Below, one piece after another: positions 29,477 through 38,791 of a stretch of DNA of 64,000 nucleotides. The position numbers were made by a program, and so were the translations under genes. The first letter of the stretch is position 1. Each line of letters begins with the position of its first letter. Where the stretch lies: assembly GCA_026416585.1 (NCBI GenBank), contig JAOAEV010000005.1, forward strand, positions 53-64,052, given 5' to 3'. Below the pieces are notes generated by a model that saw only the letters and a list, made by a program, of their open reading frames with translations, searched no databases and had not been told where the DNA came from. The DNA is from Chlorobiota bacterium. GTDB lineage: Bacteria > Bacteroidota > Ignavibacteria > Kapaibacteriales > NICIL-2.

Positions 29477-30694
29477 CTAATGGGCGCGGTTGGAAACGGG
29501 TTCGGATGGTTCGATACCAAGATCGAGGTACGCCGGTGCGCCAACGTGTGCCAGGAAATGGCGAACCTCGTCGGCTTTAAGAATATTGCCGGTCGCTTCG
29601 TATGCTTCGATCAGCGTTGCGCAGAGAAGCTCCATAAAATAGTTCCGCCCACGCTGTTCCGGGAGCTGAATCCACGCCCGTTGCTGGTAGGGTCGCTCAA
29701 GTAGTCCAATAGCACGGCCAGGCTTACCACGATCGAGTGCTCGCGCAGCTTCGACGATCAGACCGTGCAGCCGCTGCTGGTAGGTTTCAACGCGAAAAGT
29801 TGGCTTGCGCGGTAATGCACCACGAACAGCGAGCTTGCGATCAAGTTTTCTGGCAATCGCAATAATTTTCTCCGGCGATGAAATGTCGAACTCCTGCGTC
29901 CGATAGCGACGTGGGCATAAAGTAACCGTCACATCATTGTCACCCTGTGGGAACCCTTTGGCACGCAGCGCAGCGAGTATTGTTTGCACAACATCATATC
30001 GCAGATTGGTTTCTACCAATGCAAGCGCTGTACGAATCGCCATAGCATCAAGCATTCCTTCCGACCGCGGAAAGTGTCGTAGAATCATCTGCCGAATAAA
30101 CTGCGCCTGATTGAAGCAGCGTTGATGATCTCCAATGCCAAAGGCTTTGCGCGTTCGAAGTACGTGAAGGGTCGTTGCTGCCGAGCTCTTAAACCCGAGA
30201 AGTTCGAAGATTCCCATCGCTTGCGAAAAGCCGACTTCAACGTAATAGTCAATTTTCCGAACCCCAGTCATTTCCGCAAGCTTGCGCAGATATGCGTCAC
30301 GTCCCTTCCGCGCACGGTAGTTGGCAATAATGTTGAGCGACTTCGTCCCAAATCCAGCATCAGCATACGTACCACGAGGTACACTGAGGATTTCGATCGC
30401 TCCACGATCGAGCCAAATGCGAAGAACATGGTTGGCATCTGCATGTGCTTGCCGAACGCCTAATCGGGAATCAACACCGCAGATAGCAATCGTGACCAAT
30501 CGTCCCCAAAAACGCTCAGCTTCCGTCGTTTCGCTGCTGGTCTGCCGAGCAATGCTCGGCAGACTGGTTGTTGATGTGGCTTTTTTCTTTGGACGATGCA
30601 ATGTCGCTGCGCCCAAGTCGAAAACGAACGCAGCCATAGAACACAACGCGGCAAGCAGTGTTATAAGCGCTCGCGTTTTGCCTGATTCCACCAC
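29477..30694 (-). CDS. LytR-CpsA-Psr (LCP) family protein
   Basis: N-terminal TM anchor then an LCP core (ICGVDSR...HADANHVLRI...YYVEVGF). Confidence 0.65.
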   Translation of the reverse strand: MVESGKTRALITLLAALCSMAAFVFDLGAATLHRPKKKATSTTSLPSIARQTSSETTEAERFWGRLVTIAICGVDSRLGVRQAHADANHVLRIWLDRGAIEILSVPRGTYADAGFGTKSLNIIANYRARKGRDAYLRKLAEMTGVRKIDYYVEVGFSQAMGIFELLGFKSSAATTLHVLRTRKAFGIGDHQRCFNQAQFIRQMILRHFPRSEGMLDAMAIRTALALVETNLRYDVVQTILAALRAKGFPQGDNDVTVTLCPRRYRTQEFDISSPEKIIAIARKLDRKLAVRGALPRKPTFRVETYQQRLHGLIVEAARALDRGKPGRAIGLLERPYQQRAWIQLPEQRGRNYFMELLCATLIEAYEATGNILKADEVRHFLAHVGAPAYLDLGIEPSEPVSNRAH

Positions 30695-31482
30695 GCGTCA
30701 AGTTGTTCAAGTGTGAACGATTCAATCGGTTCGCCGCGCTGGTACGCCTGCTGCTCGATGTATTGAAAACGTCGTTGGAATTTGTCGTTTGTGCTTTGCA
30801 GTACAGTTTCCGCCACAACGCCTGCATGTCGGGCAGTATTGACAAGGGCAAAGAGCAAATCACCGAATTCTGCAGCAAAGGATTCGCTGTCGGTTGCTTG
30901 TTGCAGCTCGTCAATTTCTTCACGTACTTTGTTCCAAACGTCGTCGCTCGACTTCCAATCGAACCCAACGTGTGCAGCTTTTTCTTGCATACGTTGAGCG
31001 CGGAGCAATGCCGGTAGATGTTTCGGTACCCCAGCAAGAATGGAATCCCGCCCTTCTTGCATTTTTAACCGCTCCCAGTTCTGCATGACTTGGTCGGGCT
31101 GGTGCGCTTCGACATCACCAAAAACATGTGGATGCCGACGAACAAGCTTCGCCGCCACCTGTTCGATGACCTCACGCAATGTAAAGGATCCTCGCTCTTC
31201 GGCAATGATCGAATGCATCACCACATGTAGTAGAAGATCACCAAGCTCTTTTTTGAACTCTACATCGTCGCCCTGCTCGATCGCATCGAGCGTTTCATAC
31301 GACTCCTCGATGAGCAGATGAGAGATACTTTCGTGTGTTTGCTCGCGATCCCACGGGCATTGACGGCGCAGAAGCCGCACAATCTCGACAAACGCCATGA
31401 ATTGATCGTCAAGCGCTGCCGGATCGGACGGTTTAGGAATCGGATGTGCCATTGTTGCGATACTCCATTGTTGAGGTGCCAT
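30661..31482 (-). CDS. mazG: Nucleoside triphosphate pyrophosphohydrolase MazG
   Basis: Two MazG-type EExxE regions (ESYETLDAIE ... EELGDLL). Confidence 0.8.
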   Translation of the reverse strand: MAPQQWSIATMAHPIPKPSDPAALDDQFMAFVEIVRLLRRQCPWDREQTHESISHLLIEESYETLDAIEQGDDVEFKKELGDLLLHVVMHSIIAEERGSFTLREVIEQVAAKLVRRHPHVFGDVEAHQPDQVMQNWERLKMQEGRDSILAGVPKHLPALLRAQRMQEKAAHVGFDWKSSDDVWNKVREEIDELQQATDSESFAAEFGDLLFALVNTARHAGVVAETVLQSTNDKFQRRFQYIEQQAYQRGEPIESFTLEQLDAWWNQAKRERL

Positions 31483-31610
31483 TTATCACACACTGGCACC
31501 ACCTCATGCAAAGCTCGCATCAAAGCAGTGCCGCTTGCAATACGCAATTGTACGGATATGCCGTTCGTCCATTGCACCCTGTCTGTTTCACTATCGTGAG
31601 CACTCGACCG

Positions 31611-32648
31611 ATGTCACTCGAGCTATTGCGTACCCTCTGCAATCTTCCTGCACCTCCAGGACGCGAGGATGAATTTCGTGCTTTCATAGTCGAACATCTA
31701 TCGCCCTACGCCGATGATGTCCACACCGACGCTATGGGGAATGTGTTTTTCACACGCCGAGGAAGTGGATCATCACCGCGTACTATCATGCTCGCTGCAC
31801 ACATGGACGAGATTTCGTTCTTGGTCCGACACATTTCCAAGGAAGGGTTCCTCTACGTTCAACCACTCGGTGGATTCGATCCGCGTGTACTTGATGCGCA
31901 GCGAGTTTGGGTTCACGGACGCAAACGAATCCCCGGAGTGTTCGGAACAAAGCCCACACATTTCACCACGCCGGACGAGCGCACAAAAGCCGTACCGCTG
32001 GAAGATATGTTCATTGACGTCGGATTACCACCGGAAAAAGTCACCGAACTTGTTCGGATTGGCGATCCCATCACGCTCGAACGTGACCTTATCGAGATGG
32101 GACATTTCTACACAGGCAAAACACTCGACGATCGCGTTGGCATGTATGTTATGGTGGAAGCATTCAAGCGATTTGCGTCGAGTCACGATACAATCGTTGC
32201 AGTTGCGACAGTCCAAGAAGAAGTCGGTGTACGCGGCGCCAAGACAGCCGCGTTTAGCTTAGAGCCGCACATCGGTATCGCTCTTGATATCACCATCGCG
32301 GCCGATATTCCTGGTATCGAGGAACGCAATTGGTGTGTGCGGCTCGGTGAAGGTACTGCCGTAAAGATTATGGACAGTTATTCAATCTCCGACCCACGGC
32401 TGGTTGAGTTTCTGCGCACACTCGCCGAAGAACGAGGGATCCGCCACCAAATGGAAATTCTCCCTCGAGGAGGTACAGATGCTGGTGGTATGCAACTGTC
32501 ACGCAGCGGGATTCCTGTGTGTACAATCTCGATTCCATGTCGCTATGCGCACTCGGTTGTCGAATCAGTCCATCGTGATGATGTTGCCGCGAGCATTGAA
32601 CTGCTGCGCACTTTCTGCGAGCAGTCGCACCGATTTAGTGTTGCGTAA
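31611..32648 (+). CDS. M42-family aminopeptidase (FrvX/glutamyl aminopeptidase-like)
   Basis: Internal start MSLELLRTLCNLPAPPGREDE (typical M42 N-terminus). H..E/D metal ligands. The track's N-terminal extension was rejected. Confidence 0.75.
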   Translation: MSLELLRTLCNLPAPPGREDEFRAFIVEHLSPYADDVHTDAMGNVFFTRRGSGSSPRTIMLAAHMDEISFLVRHISKEGFLYVQPLGGFDPRVLDAQRVWVHGRKRIPGVFGTKPTHFTTPDERTKAVPLEDMFIDVGLPPEKVTELVRIGDPITLERDLIEMGHFYTGKTLDDRVGMYVMVEAFKRFASSHDTIVAVATVQEEVGVRGAKTAAFSLEPHIGIALDITIAADIPGIEERNWCVRLGEGTAVKIMDSYSISDPRLVEFLRTLAEERGIRHQMEILPRGGTDAGGMQLSRSGIPVCTISIPCRYAHSVVESVHRDDVAASIELLRTFCEQSHRFSVA

Positions 32649-34083
32649 GTACGGGCGGCATGCGTCGCTGCATGTAATCATCGTACACCCGCGCGGCAAT
32701 TGCTGCGAGCATTGGTGGGTTGTCGAATGTTGGTTGGTCGAATTGCCAGTGCTGGTTGACGTAACGCGTCGAGTACATACCACTGCGGAAAGGCTCTGAG
32801 CACAGAACGTAGTGGCAAAATGGGATCGTCGTTCGCACACCTGCAATCACATACTGATCGAGTGCATTGAGCGTGCGTTCAATGCACTCATCGCGCGTCG
32901 GTGCCCAAACGATGAGCTTGGCAACCATCGGGTCGTAATACACCGACACAACCGATCCTTCTTCGATTCCGCAGTCGTTACGGATGCCTTCGCCCTCGGA
33001 TAGAATCAACTGGCGAATCGTTCCGGTGTCGGGCAGGAAATCGTTGAATACATCCTCCGCACAGATACGGCATTCAATTGCGTGTCCACGCGGTTGGACA
33101 ACTTCGTCTTGCCGGAGCTGCAGTGGCTCGCTTGCAGCAATGCGGAGCTGCTGTTCGACAAAGTCAACACCCGCAATCATTTCGGTAACAGGATGCTCGA
33201 CCTGCAGGCGAGTATTGACCTCCATGAAGTAGAACGAGCCATCGGCATCGAGTAGAAACTCGACCGTTCCAGCGTTGGTGTATCCAGCAGCATGGATAAG
33301 TCGTGCTGCTGCCTGACCCATTCGTTGTCGGAGTTCGGTGCTAACCGCTGGTGAGGGAGATTCCTCGATGACTTTCTGGTGTCGCCGCTGGATGGAGCAT
33401 TCGCGTTCGGGGAAATAAAGCACTGTCCCATGCTTGTCGGCAAGCACTTGAATTTCGATATGCCGTGGGTGAACAATGTAGCGCTCGATGAAAACACGAT
33501 CATCACCGAACGCGCTCAATGCTTCGCGTTGGGCTGAGGCAAAAAACTCGTCAAGTTGATGAGCATCTTCGACAAGTCGCATCCCTTTTCCTCCACCGCC
33601 TGCAGCAGCTTTGATCAGAAGCGGATACCCGATACGCGTTGCAATACCACGTGCTTCTTCAAGCGAACGGACTGCACCGTCGGACCCCGGCGCGACAGGC
33701 ACACCTAAATCAATGGCTAATCGCCGTGCAGCCGTTTTATCACCTAATAGTCGAATCGCTTCGGGCGAAGGCCCAATGAACACTTTGCCGCTGCGTTCGA
33801 CCGCCTCTGCAAATGTAGCGTTTTCCGATAGAAAACCGTATCCTGGATGAATCGCTTCAGCTCCGCTGTGGTGTGCCGCATCGAGTACCTTCTCGATAAC
33901 CAAATAGCTTTCGCGAGGTGTGGTTCCGCCGATCGGATAGGCTTCATCGCAGGCACGCACATGCGGGGAATACGCATCGGCATTTGAATACACCGCTACC
34001 GTTCGAATACCGAGTCGCTTGCAAGTTCGCGCTATGCGTATGGCAATCTCGCCACGATTAGCAATGAGTACTTTGGTAAACAT
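32635..34083 (-). CDS. accC: Biotin carboxylase (acetyl-CoA carboxylase subunit AccC-like)
   Basis: Internal start MFTKVLIANRGEIAIRIARTC. ATP-grasp motifs. No accB/BCCP gene adjacent. Confidence 0.85.
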   Translation of the reverse strand: MFTKVLIANRGEIAIRIARTCKRLGIRTVAVYSNADAYSPHVRACDEAYPIGGTTPRESYLVIEKVLDAAHHSGAEAIHPGYGFLSENATFAEAVERSGKVFIGPSPEAIRLLGDKTAARRLAIDLGVPVAPGSDGAVRSLEEARGIATRIGYPLLIKAAAGGGGKGMRLVEDAHQLDEFFASAQREALSAFGDDRVFIERYIVHPRHIEIQVLADKHGTVLYFPERECSIQRRHQKVIEESPSPAVSTELRQRMGQAAARLIHAAGYTNAGTVEFLLDADGSFYFMEVNTRLQVEHPVTEMIAGVDFVEQQLRIAASEPLQLRQDEVVQPRGHAIECRICAEDVFNDFLPDTGTIRQLILSEGEGIRNDCGIEEGSVVSVYYDPMVAKLIVWAPTRDECIERTLNALDQYVIAGVRTTIPFCHYVLCSEPFRSGMYSTRYVNQHWQFDQPTFDNPPMLAAIAARVYDDYMQRRMPPVLTQH

Positions 34084-34135
34084 TGGTTCGAATAGCCGTA
34101 GTTTGGACGTGCGAAAATAGACCTTAACCGTAACG

Positions 34136-35353
34136 ATGAAGCTGGAAGCTACGATTGCACTGCGGTACATACGGAATCAACGCGCGATTCAATTTAGCGG
34201 CATCATTGCTGGTCTGGCACTGGTAGGCATCACAATTGGTGTAGCAGCGGTTATTTGCGTTGCGTCTATTTTCTTGGGATTTCGTCAGCTGTTCGAAGAC
34301 TTGATGTTGCGGGTCGATCCTCATGTTCGCATCGTCAGTCGTACTGGCAAATACCTTGACATGAATGATGCGGTAATGCGCCGCATTGTAGAGCAATCGA
34401 AGAACATTGTCGTACCCGTTCTCGACGGAAAAGCAGTCGCACTCCATCGCGGTGCAATGCACGTCCTGACAATTCGCGGTTACTGCGATTCCTTATTGCC
34501 GAGACTGAGCAGACTCCGGGATGCTATCGTTGTCGGCAGCATTCCCCGCCATCCTGGCGACATTGTTATCGGTGGTGGCGCAGCAGAACGGCTTGGCATA
34601 CTGCCAGGCGATACCATCGAACTGATCTCTGCCGAATATGCCCGTGCAGCTGCAATTGGTTTTGGTGTACCCGCAACGTTGCGCGCACGCGTTACCGGCA
34701 TGGTGCTTACCAATGATCGTGCTTACGATGATGGTCTTGCACTGACAACTCAGAGCACTGCTGCTGAGCTTTTTGCTACATCGGCTGATCATGCGACCGC
34801 TCTCGATATTTTCTGCAACGACCGCACAAGTGGTTTTGAGGTGCTTGAGCAGCTTCGTAATAGATTGGGACAGCGCTATCGTGTCGAAGGTTGGCGTGAC
34901 CTGCATCGGGAAATGTATGCGGTTATGGAGTGGGAACGAGTGGTATCGTTTATTTTACTGTCTCTGATTGTGTTGTTGGCGGTGTTCAATATCGTCGCAA
35001 TGCTGATGATGACCGTTGCATCCAAGCGCCGTGACATTGCCGTTCTCCGCACACTTGGCGCACGCCAGCGGGTAATCGGAAACATTTTTCGCATACAAGG
35101 TTTGATAGTTGCATTGGTCGGTACTGTACTCGGTGCCATTGTTGGTATCGGTCTATGCTGGGGGCAGCAGCGCTACCACTGGATTTTACTCGACCCTGAT
35201 CGGTACGTGATGCAAGAACTGCCAGTCGTACTCGACTGGGGTGCTCTCATCGGTGTGATCATCGTGAGCATCGGTGCTGCATTTCTTGCATCGCTACCAG
35301 CTGCACGACGTGCGATCCGAACATCGGTCGTCGAATCATTGCGGTTTGAATAA
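34136..35353 (+). CDS. Lipoprotein-releasing system permease LolC/LolE family (FtsX-like, MacB periplasmic domain)
   Basis: 405 aa. TM1, a large periplasmic domain, then three TM helices. N-terminus ALRYIRNQRA typical of LolC/E. Confidence 0.8.
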   Translation: MKLEATIALRYIRNQRAIQFSGIIAGLALVGITIGVAAVICVASIFLGFRQLFEDLMLRVDPHVRIVSRTGKYLDMNDAVMRRIVEQSKNIVVPVLDGKAVALHRGAMHVLTIRGYCDSLLPRLSRLRDAIVVGSIPRHPGDIVIGGGAAERLGILPGDTIELISAEYARAAAIGFGVPATLRARVTGMVLTNDRAYDDGLALTTQSTAAELFATSADHATALDIFCNDRTSGFEVLEQLRNRLGQRYRVEGWRDLHREMYAVMEWERVVSFILLSLIVLLAVFNIVAMLMMTVASKRRDIAVLRTLGARQRVIGNIFRIQGLIVALVGTVLGAIVGIGLCWGQQRYHWILLDPDRYVMQELPVVLDWGALIGVIIVSIGAAFLASLPAARRAIRTSVVESLRFE

Positions 35354-35712
35354 TGGACGCTCGCAGTACAGGATACAGTGCAGAACGCCTTGCCGAGTGT
35401 TACTTAATCGAACAGGGCTATCACATCGTGGCGCGGAATTTTCACTTCGGTCGGTATGGCGAAATTGATCTTGTTGCATACGATGGCACAGTTCTGGTCT
35501 TTGTCGAGGTCAAGTATCGCCGTTCGACGCAGTATGGTACACCCGAAGAAGCTGTCACTGAACGCAAACGCGCACAACTCCGACGCATAGCCGAAGGTTT
35601 TCTCTATACTCAGCCCCATGTGCATGCGAGCGAATACCGTTTCGATGTCATTGCGATTGAGGGTACAGTAGGCAAGCCAGTTATTCGCCACTGGAAGGAT
35701 GCCTTTTGGTAG
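35353..35712 (+). CDS. yraN: UPF0102 protein YraN (PD-(D/E)xK endonuclease-like)
   Basis: 119 aa. GEIDLVA...VFVEVKYR motif. Confidence 0.75.
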   Translation: MDARSTGYSAERLAECYLIEQGYHIVARNFHFGRYGEIDLVAYDGTVLVFVEVKYRRSTQYGTPEEAVTERKRAQLRRIAEGFLYTQPHVHASEYRFDVIAIEGTVGKPVIRHWKDAFW

Positions 35713-35715
35713 TGG

Positions 35716-36174
35716 TCAGTAACGCTTGATAGTCAGAATGACCTCTGTGCCGGGTTCATCGGGAACAAACGCAACATCATCAACAAGTGAACGCATCAGG
35801 AAGACGCCTCGACCGCCTTCGCGCAAGAGATTTTCTTTCAACCGAGGATCAGGAAGCACATCTGGATCAAAGCCACTACCATAATCGCGCACGTAGATGC
35901 GAATCTCGTCATCATGAACCTCGACACGCAGCTTGATCTTTTTTGAGCCATCGGATCGGTTGCCATGGATAACTGCATTCGTTATCGCTTCCATCGCTGC
36001 GACAATTGCGTTGAATCGTCGTTCCGGAGAAAGTTCTTCAACAGCCGGAACGCTGCGCAACAGGCTTTCTATGTCCGAGACAACCGATCGTTCAGTCGGT
36101 AGCATCCATTCGTACTGTTCCATGTGCACCAGAAAGTGAAGGGCAGCGCAGTATAAAGACGTGTATATTTGCAA
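35716..36174 (-). CDS. HATPase_c-type anti-sigma regulatory factor-like protein (RsbW/SpoIIAB-like)
   Basis: 152 aa. N.V.HG N-box and the DDGSGFD G1-box of GHKL ATPases. Confidence 0.55.
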   Translation of the reverse strand: MQIYTSLYCAALHFLVHMEQYEWMLPTERSVVSDIESLLRSVPAVEELSPERRFNAIVAAMEAITNAVIHGNRSDGSKKIKLRVEVHDDEIRIYVRDYGSGFDPDVLPDPRLKENLLREGGRGVFLMRSLVDDVAFVPDEPGTEVILTIKRY

Positions 36175-36646
36175 CGAGTGTTTTTTCGGGTATCCACTTC
36201 ATTCCGTGAAGCATCCAGCAATACCCAAGCTGTACTACTCGATTCGCGAAGTCGGAGAGCTGTTTGATGAACAGCAGCACGTCCTCCGACATTGGGAGCG
36301 CGAGTTTCCGATTTTGCGTCCGAACAAGAATCGTGCCGGAGTTCGTGTCTACACCGAACGCGACTTGCGTGTGCTGCGGGTCCTGAAAGTCCTTCTTCGG
36401 GAAGAGCAGAAAACAATCGCACAGGTACGCCAAATTCTGGCAAACGGTATTCCACCGGAATTCGAACCAATAGCCAACGACTCAACCATCGAGCAACGAT
36501 ATGCAGAAAAGCACCGTGCGAGAATGCTCGACGTTACCCTTACCACTGATTCGAATGAAACAATTACACTCTCTCGTGCCGATGCAGAAGCATTGCTCGA
36601 GACACTCAAACACCTTGATGAACTATTCGGGAGAATTTCTCAATGA
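36161..36646 (+). CDS. MerR-family transcriptional regulator
   Basis: MerR HTH YSIREVGELFDEQQHVLRHWE...VYTERDLRVLRVLKVLL. The true start may be a GTG about 15 codons into the track ORF. No Cys metal-binding C-terminus. Confidence 0.7.
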   Translation: MYICNECFFGYPLHSVKHPAIPKLYYSIREVGELFDEQQHVLRHWEREFPILRPNKNRAGVRVYTERDLRVLRVLKVLLREEQKTIAQVRQILANGIPPEFEPIANDSTIEQRYAEKHRARMLDVTLTTDSNETITLSRADAEALLETLKHLDELFGRISQ

Positions 36647-37668
36647 GATTATCGCATGACCGGCGGGTGGCAGTACTTCTGCTGTGGATATCTCTATGCA
36701 CATTCGCATATGGGCAAGTAAAACCGTACAACATCTACAATAATGCACACGATGGTGATGTACTGGGAGTATTTATCAACAAAGGCGATTCGATAGTTGC
36801 CACGTGTGGAATAGATGCTACTGTCAAACTGTGGCGGATACCCGATTTCAGTTTGATTTGTACGCTCCTCGGCCACACAAGCGCGGTCAACAACGTGTCG
36901 TTCTCTGGCAATGACGCATTTTTAGCAAGTGCCAGCAGTGATCGCAGCGCGCGAGTGTGGAATGTCGCCCAACGCCAGAATCGATGCCAACTGCAAGGTC
37001 ACAATGGTGATGTTCTGTGCGTGTATTTCAGCCAAACTGATACAGGTCGTTACCTTGCCACAGGCAGCAGCGATCGAACCGTGAAAATCTGGGACTGGCA
37101 AACAGGAGCAGAGCTACGGACGCTGCGCGGTCACAATGGAGCAGTGACCGGTGTCGCATACAGCTATAACGATAGTCTGATCGCTTCGTGTGGTGAGGAT
37201 ATGCAGATACTGGTGTGGTCGCCAAACAGTGATCAGCCAGTCATTCCATTGGTCGGTCCACCACATACAGCACCGTGTACAGCTGTTTTGTTTGCGTTCA
37301 ATAATCACTTTCTTGCATCTGCCGACCGCGATGGATTCATCAAGGTATGGAACATCCCCAGCGGACAACTTTTCCGCACAATCGAAGCCCACGATGGTTA
37401 CGTCAGCGACATCACTTTCAGCGGGAATGATTTGACGCTCATCAGTGCAGGGCACGACAGTACCATTCGTGTTTGGAATATCATCACTGGTAGCGTTCTT
37501 GAGAGCATCAACATCGGATCCGCTGTATGGAGCATCGATGTCACCAGTAATGGTTCGACCATCATTGCCGGTTGTAGCGATGGCTCGATTCGCGTATGGA
37601 ATCGCCGCCCGACATTCGAAAAAGATGAGAAGAAACAAGCACCCCCACCCCGGCGAACTAATAAATGA
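36643..37668 (+). CDS. Secreted WD40-repeat beta-propeller protein
   Basis: Signal peptide LLLWISLCTFAYGQ. Seven canonical GH...WD repeats (e.g. LLGHTSAVNNVSFS...SSDRSARVWNV; LRGHNGAVTGVAYS...). Start overlaps the merR stop by 4 bp. Confidence 0.8.
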   Translation: MRLSHDRRVAVLLLWISLCTFAYGQVKPYNIYNNAHDGDVLGVFINKGDSIVATCGIDATVKLWRIPDFSLICTLLGHTSAVNNVSFSGNDAFLASASSDRSARVWNVAQRQNRCQLQGHNGDVLCVYFSQTDTGRYLATGSSDRTVKIWDWQTGAELRTLRGHNGAVTGVAYSYNDSLIASCGEDMQILVWSPNSDQPVIPLVGPPHTAPCTAVLFAFNNHFLASADRDGFIKVWNIPSGQLFRTIEAHDGYVSDITFSGNDLTLISAGHDSTIRVWNIITGSVLESINIGSAVWSIDVTSNGSTIIAGCSDGSIRVWNRRPTFEKDEKKQAPPPRRTNK

Positions 37669-38072
37669 AGATTTTTGCTCTTGTCATAGCAATTGCATCT
37701 GTATCCAGTGCTTCCCAACTTGAACCAACTATCCTTGTTCGAGGGATAGTGCGTGATGCTCAAGGACCCGCCCGCGTCGAAATGCAGTTTCGCGATGAAA
37801 CAGGAAAATCTGTCCGCGCTAAAAGTGGACAAGATGGAATATATCAAACAATTCTGGCACCTGGGCACACTTATACCGTCACGATACTCAACGACAATTT
37901 AGAACGTTACACCTTTACATATATCACACCACCAACGAACAAATACACGGAATTGACCCAAGACTTCTCGCTGGGACAGACCGCCGTTGCAGGCAACGAC
38001 CGGCAACCTCAACAAACAGTTACACAACCAGTCAAGAAATCAAAGTCGAAAAAATTGAAGCGCAAGCAATGA
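37665..38072 (+). CDS. Secreted CarbopepD_reg-like single-domain protein with a poly-Lys tail
   Basis: Signal peptide. The beta-sandwich segment is paralogous to the N-domain of the next gene product. C-terminal KKSKSKKLKRKQ. Confidence 0.45.
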   Translation: MKIFALVIAIASVSSASQLEPTILVRGIVRDAQGPARVEMQFRDETGKSVRAKSGQDGIYQTILAPGHTYTVTILNDNLERYTFTYITPPTNKYTELTQDFSLGQTAVAGNDRQPQQTVTQPVKKSKSKKLKRKQ

Positions 38073-38770
38073 AGTACCTATTCATAGCATTGTTCATCGC
38101 TGCCACAACCCTTGCCGTAGGACAAATCGTCCCGACGGTGCTGCTGAAAGGGATTGTGCTCAATGGGCAGACTCGTAAACCAATCGAAGCGACACTCACT
38201 TTTACCACAAGTTCGAAAAACTCAAAAGCTATCGTGACAAACTCTAATGTTGCCGAAGGTGGTGCGTACCAATGCATTCTTATGCGAGGTACCCAGTACG
38301 AAGTGACAATCACCGCCAACGGATATTGCCGACTACGCGACACAATCACTATTCCTGATGTTAAGTCCTACTCCGAGTTAACACGGGATTTCGTTCTGCT
38401 TCCAAAGGAAATAGGGCAACGTTTTATTGTGAGCATTCCACTGTTCGAGTACAACTTGCCATCGCTCCGTACAGGCGCCAGCGAAGAACTTGCTCGTTAT
38501 GCGCAGTTTTTGGCGGATAATCCCACCGTGCACATTGCCATCGAGTGCTATCCTGACCGAAACGATTCACCGACTGCCATCGAGTCGCTGACCCGGCGGC
38601 GAGCAGAAGCGATTAAAGCATTTTTCTCTCAACGAGGGATTTCCTCAACACGCATTAGAGTTGAACGCATTACAACGATTGATCCGTACAATCCCCCACC
38701 ACAAAAGATACGCCCGAAAGGCCGGTTCTATTTCGGCGGGACGTATTTTGTTATCGTTGCAGTCCAGTAA
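38069..38770 (+). CDS. OmpA-family peptidoglycan-binding protein with N-terminal CarbopepD_reg-like domain
   Basis: Signal peptide. N-domain paralogous to the preceding gene product. C-terminal OmpA_C-like region (LARYAQFLADNPTVHIAIECYPD...RRRAEAIKAFF). Confidence 0.7.
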   Translation: MKYLFIALFIAATTLAVGQIVPTVLLKGIVLNGQTRKPIEATLTFTTSSKNSKAIVTNSNVAEGGAYQCILMRGTQYEVTITANGYCRLRDTITIPDVKSYSELTRDFVLLPKEIGQRFIVSIPLFEYNLPSLRTGASEELARYAQFLADNPTVHIAIECYPDRNDSPTAIESLTRRRAEAIKAFFSQRGISSTRIRVERITTIDPYNPPPQKIRPKGRFYFGGTYFVIVAVQ

Positions 38771-38791
38771 GTCAGAGAGCATACGACCATA

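Noticed and set aside
34084-34170. Upstream extensions of accC (34084-34170), the M42 peptidase (31446-31610), hppA (53991-54083) and the ferritin gene (22316-22378) in the track.
   Set aside because: In each case the conserved family N-terminus starts at an internal Met. The extensions are Cys- or hydrophobic-rich with no family signal. I chose the internal starts.
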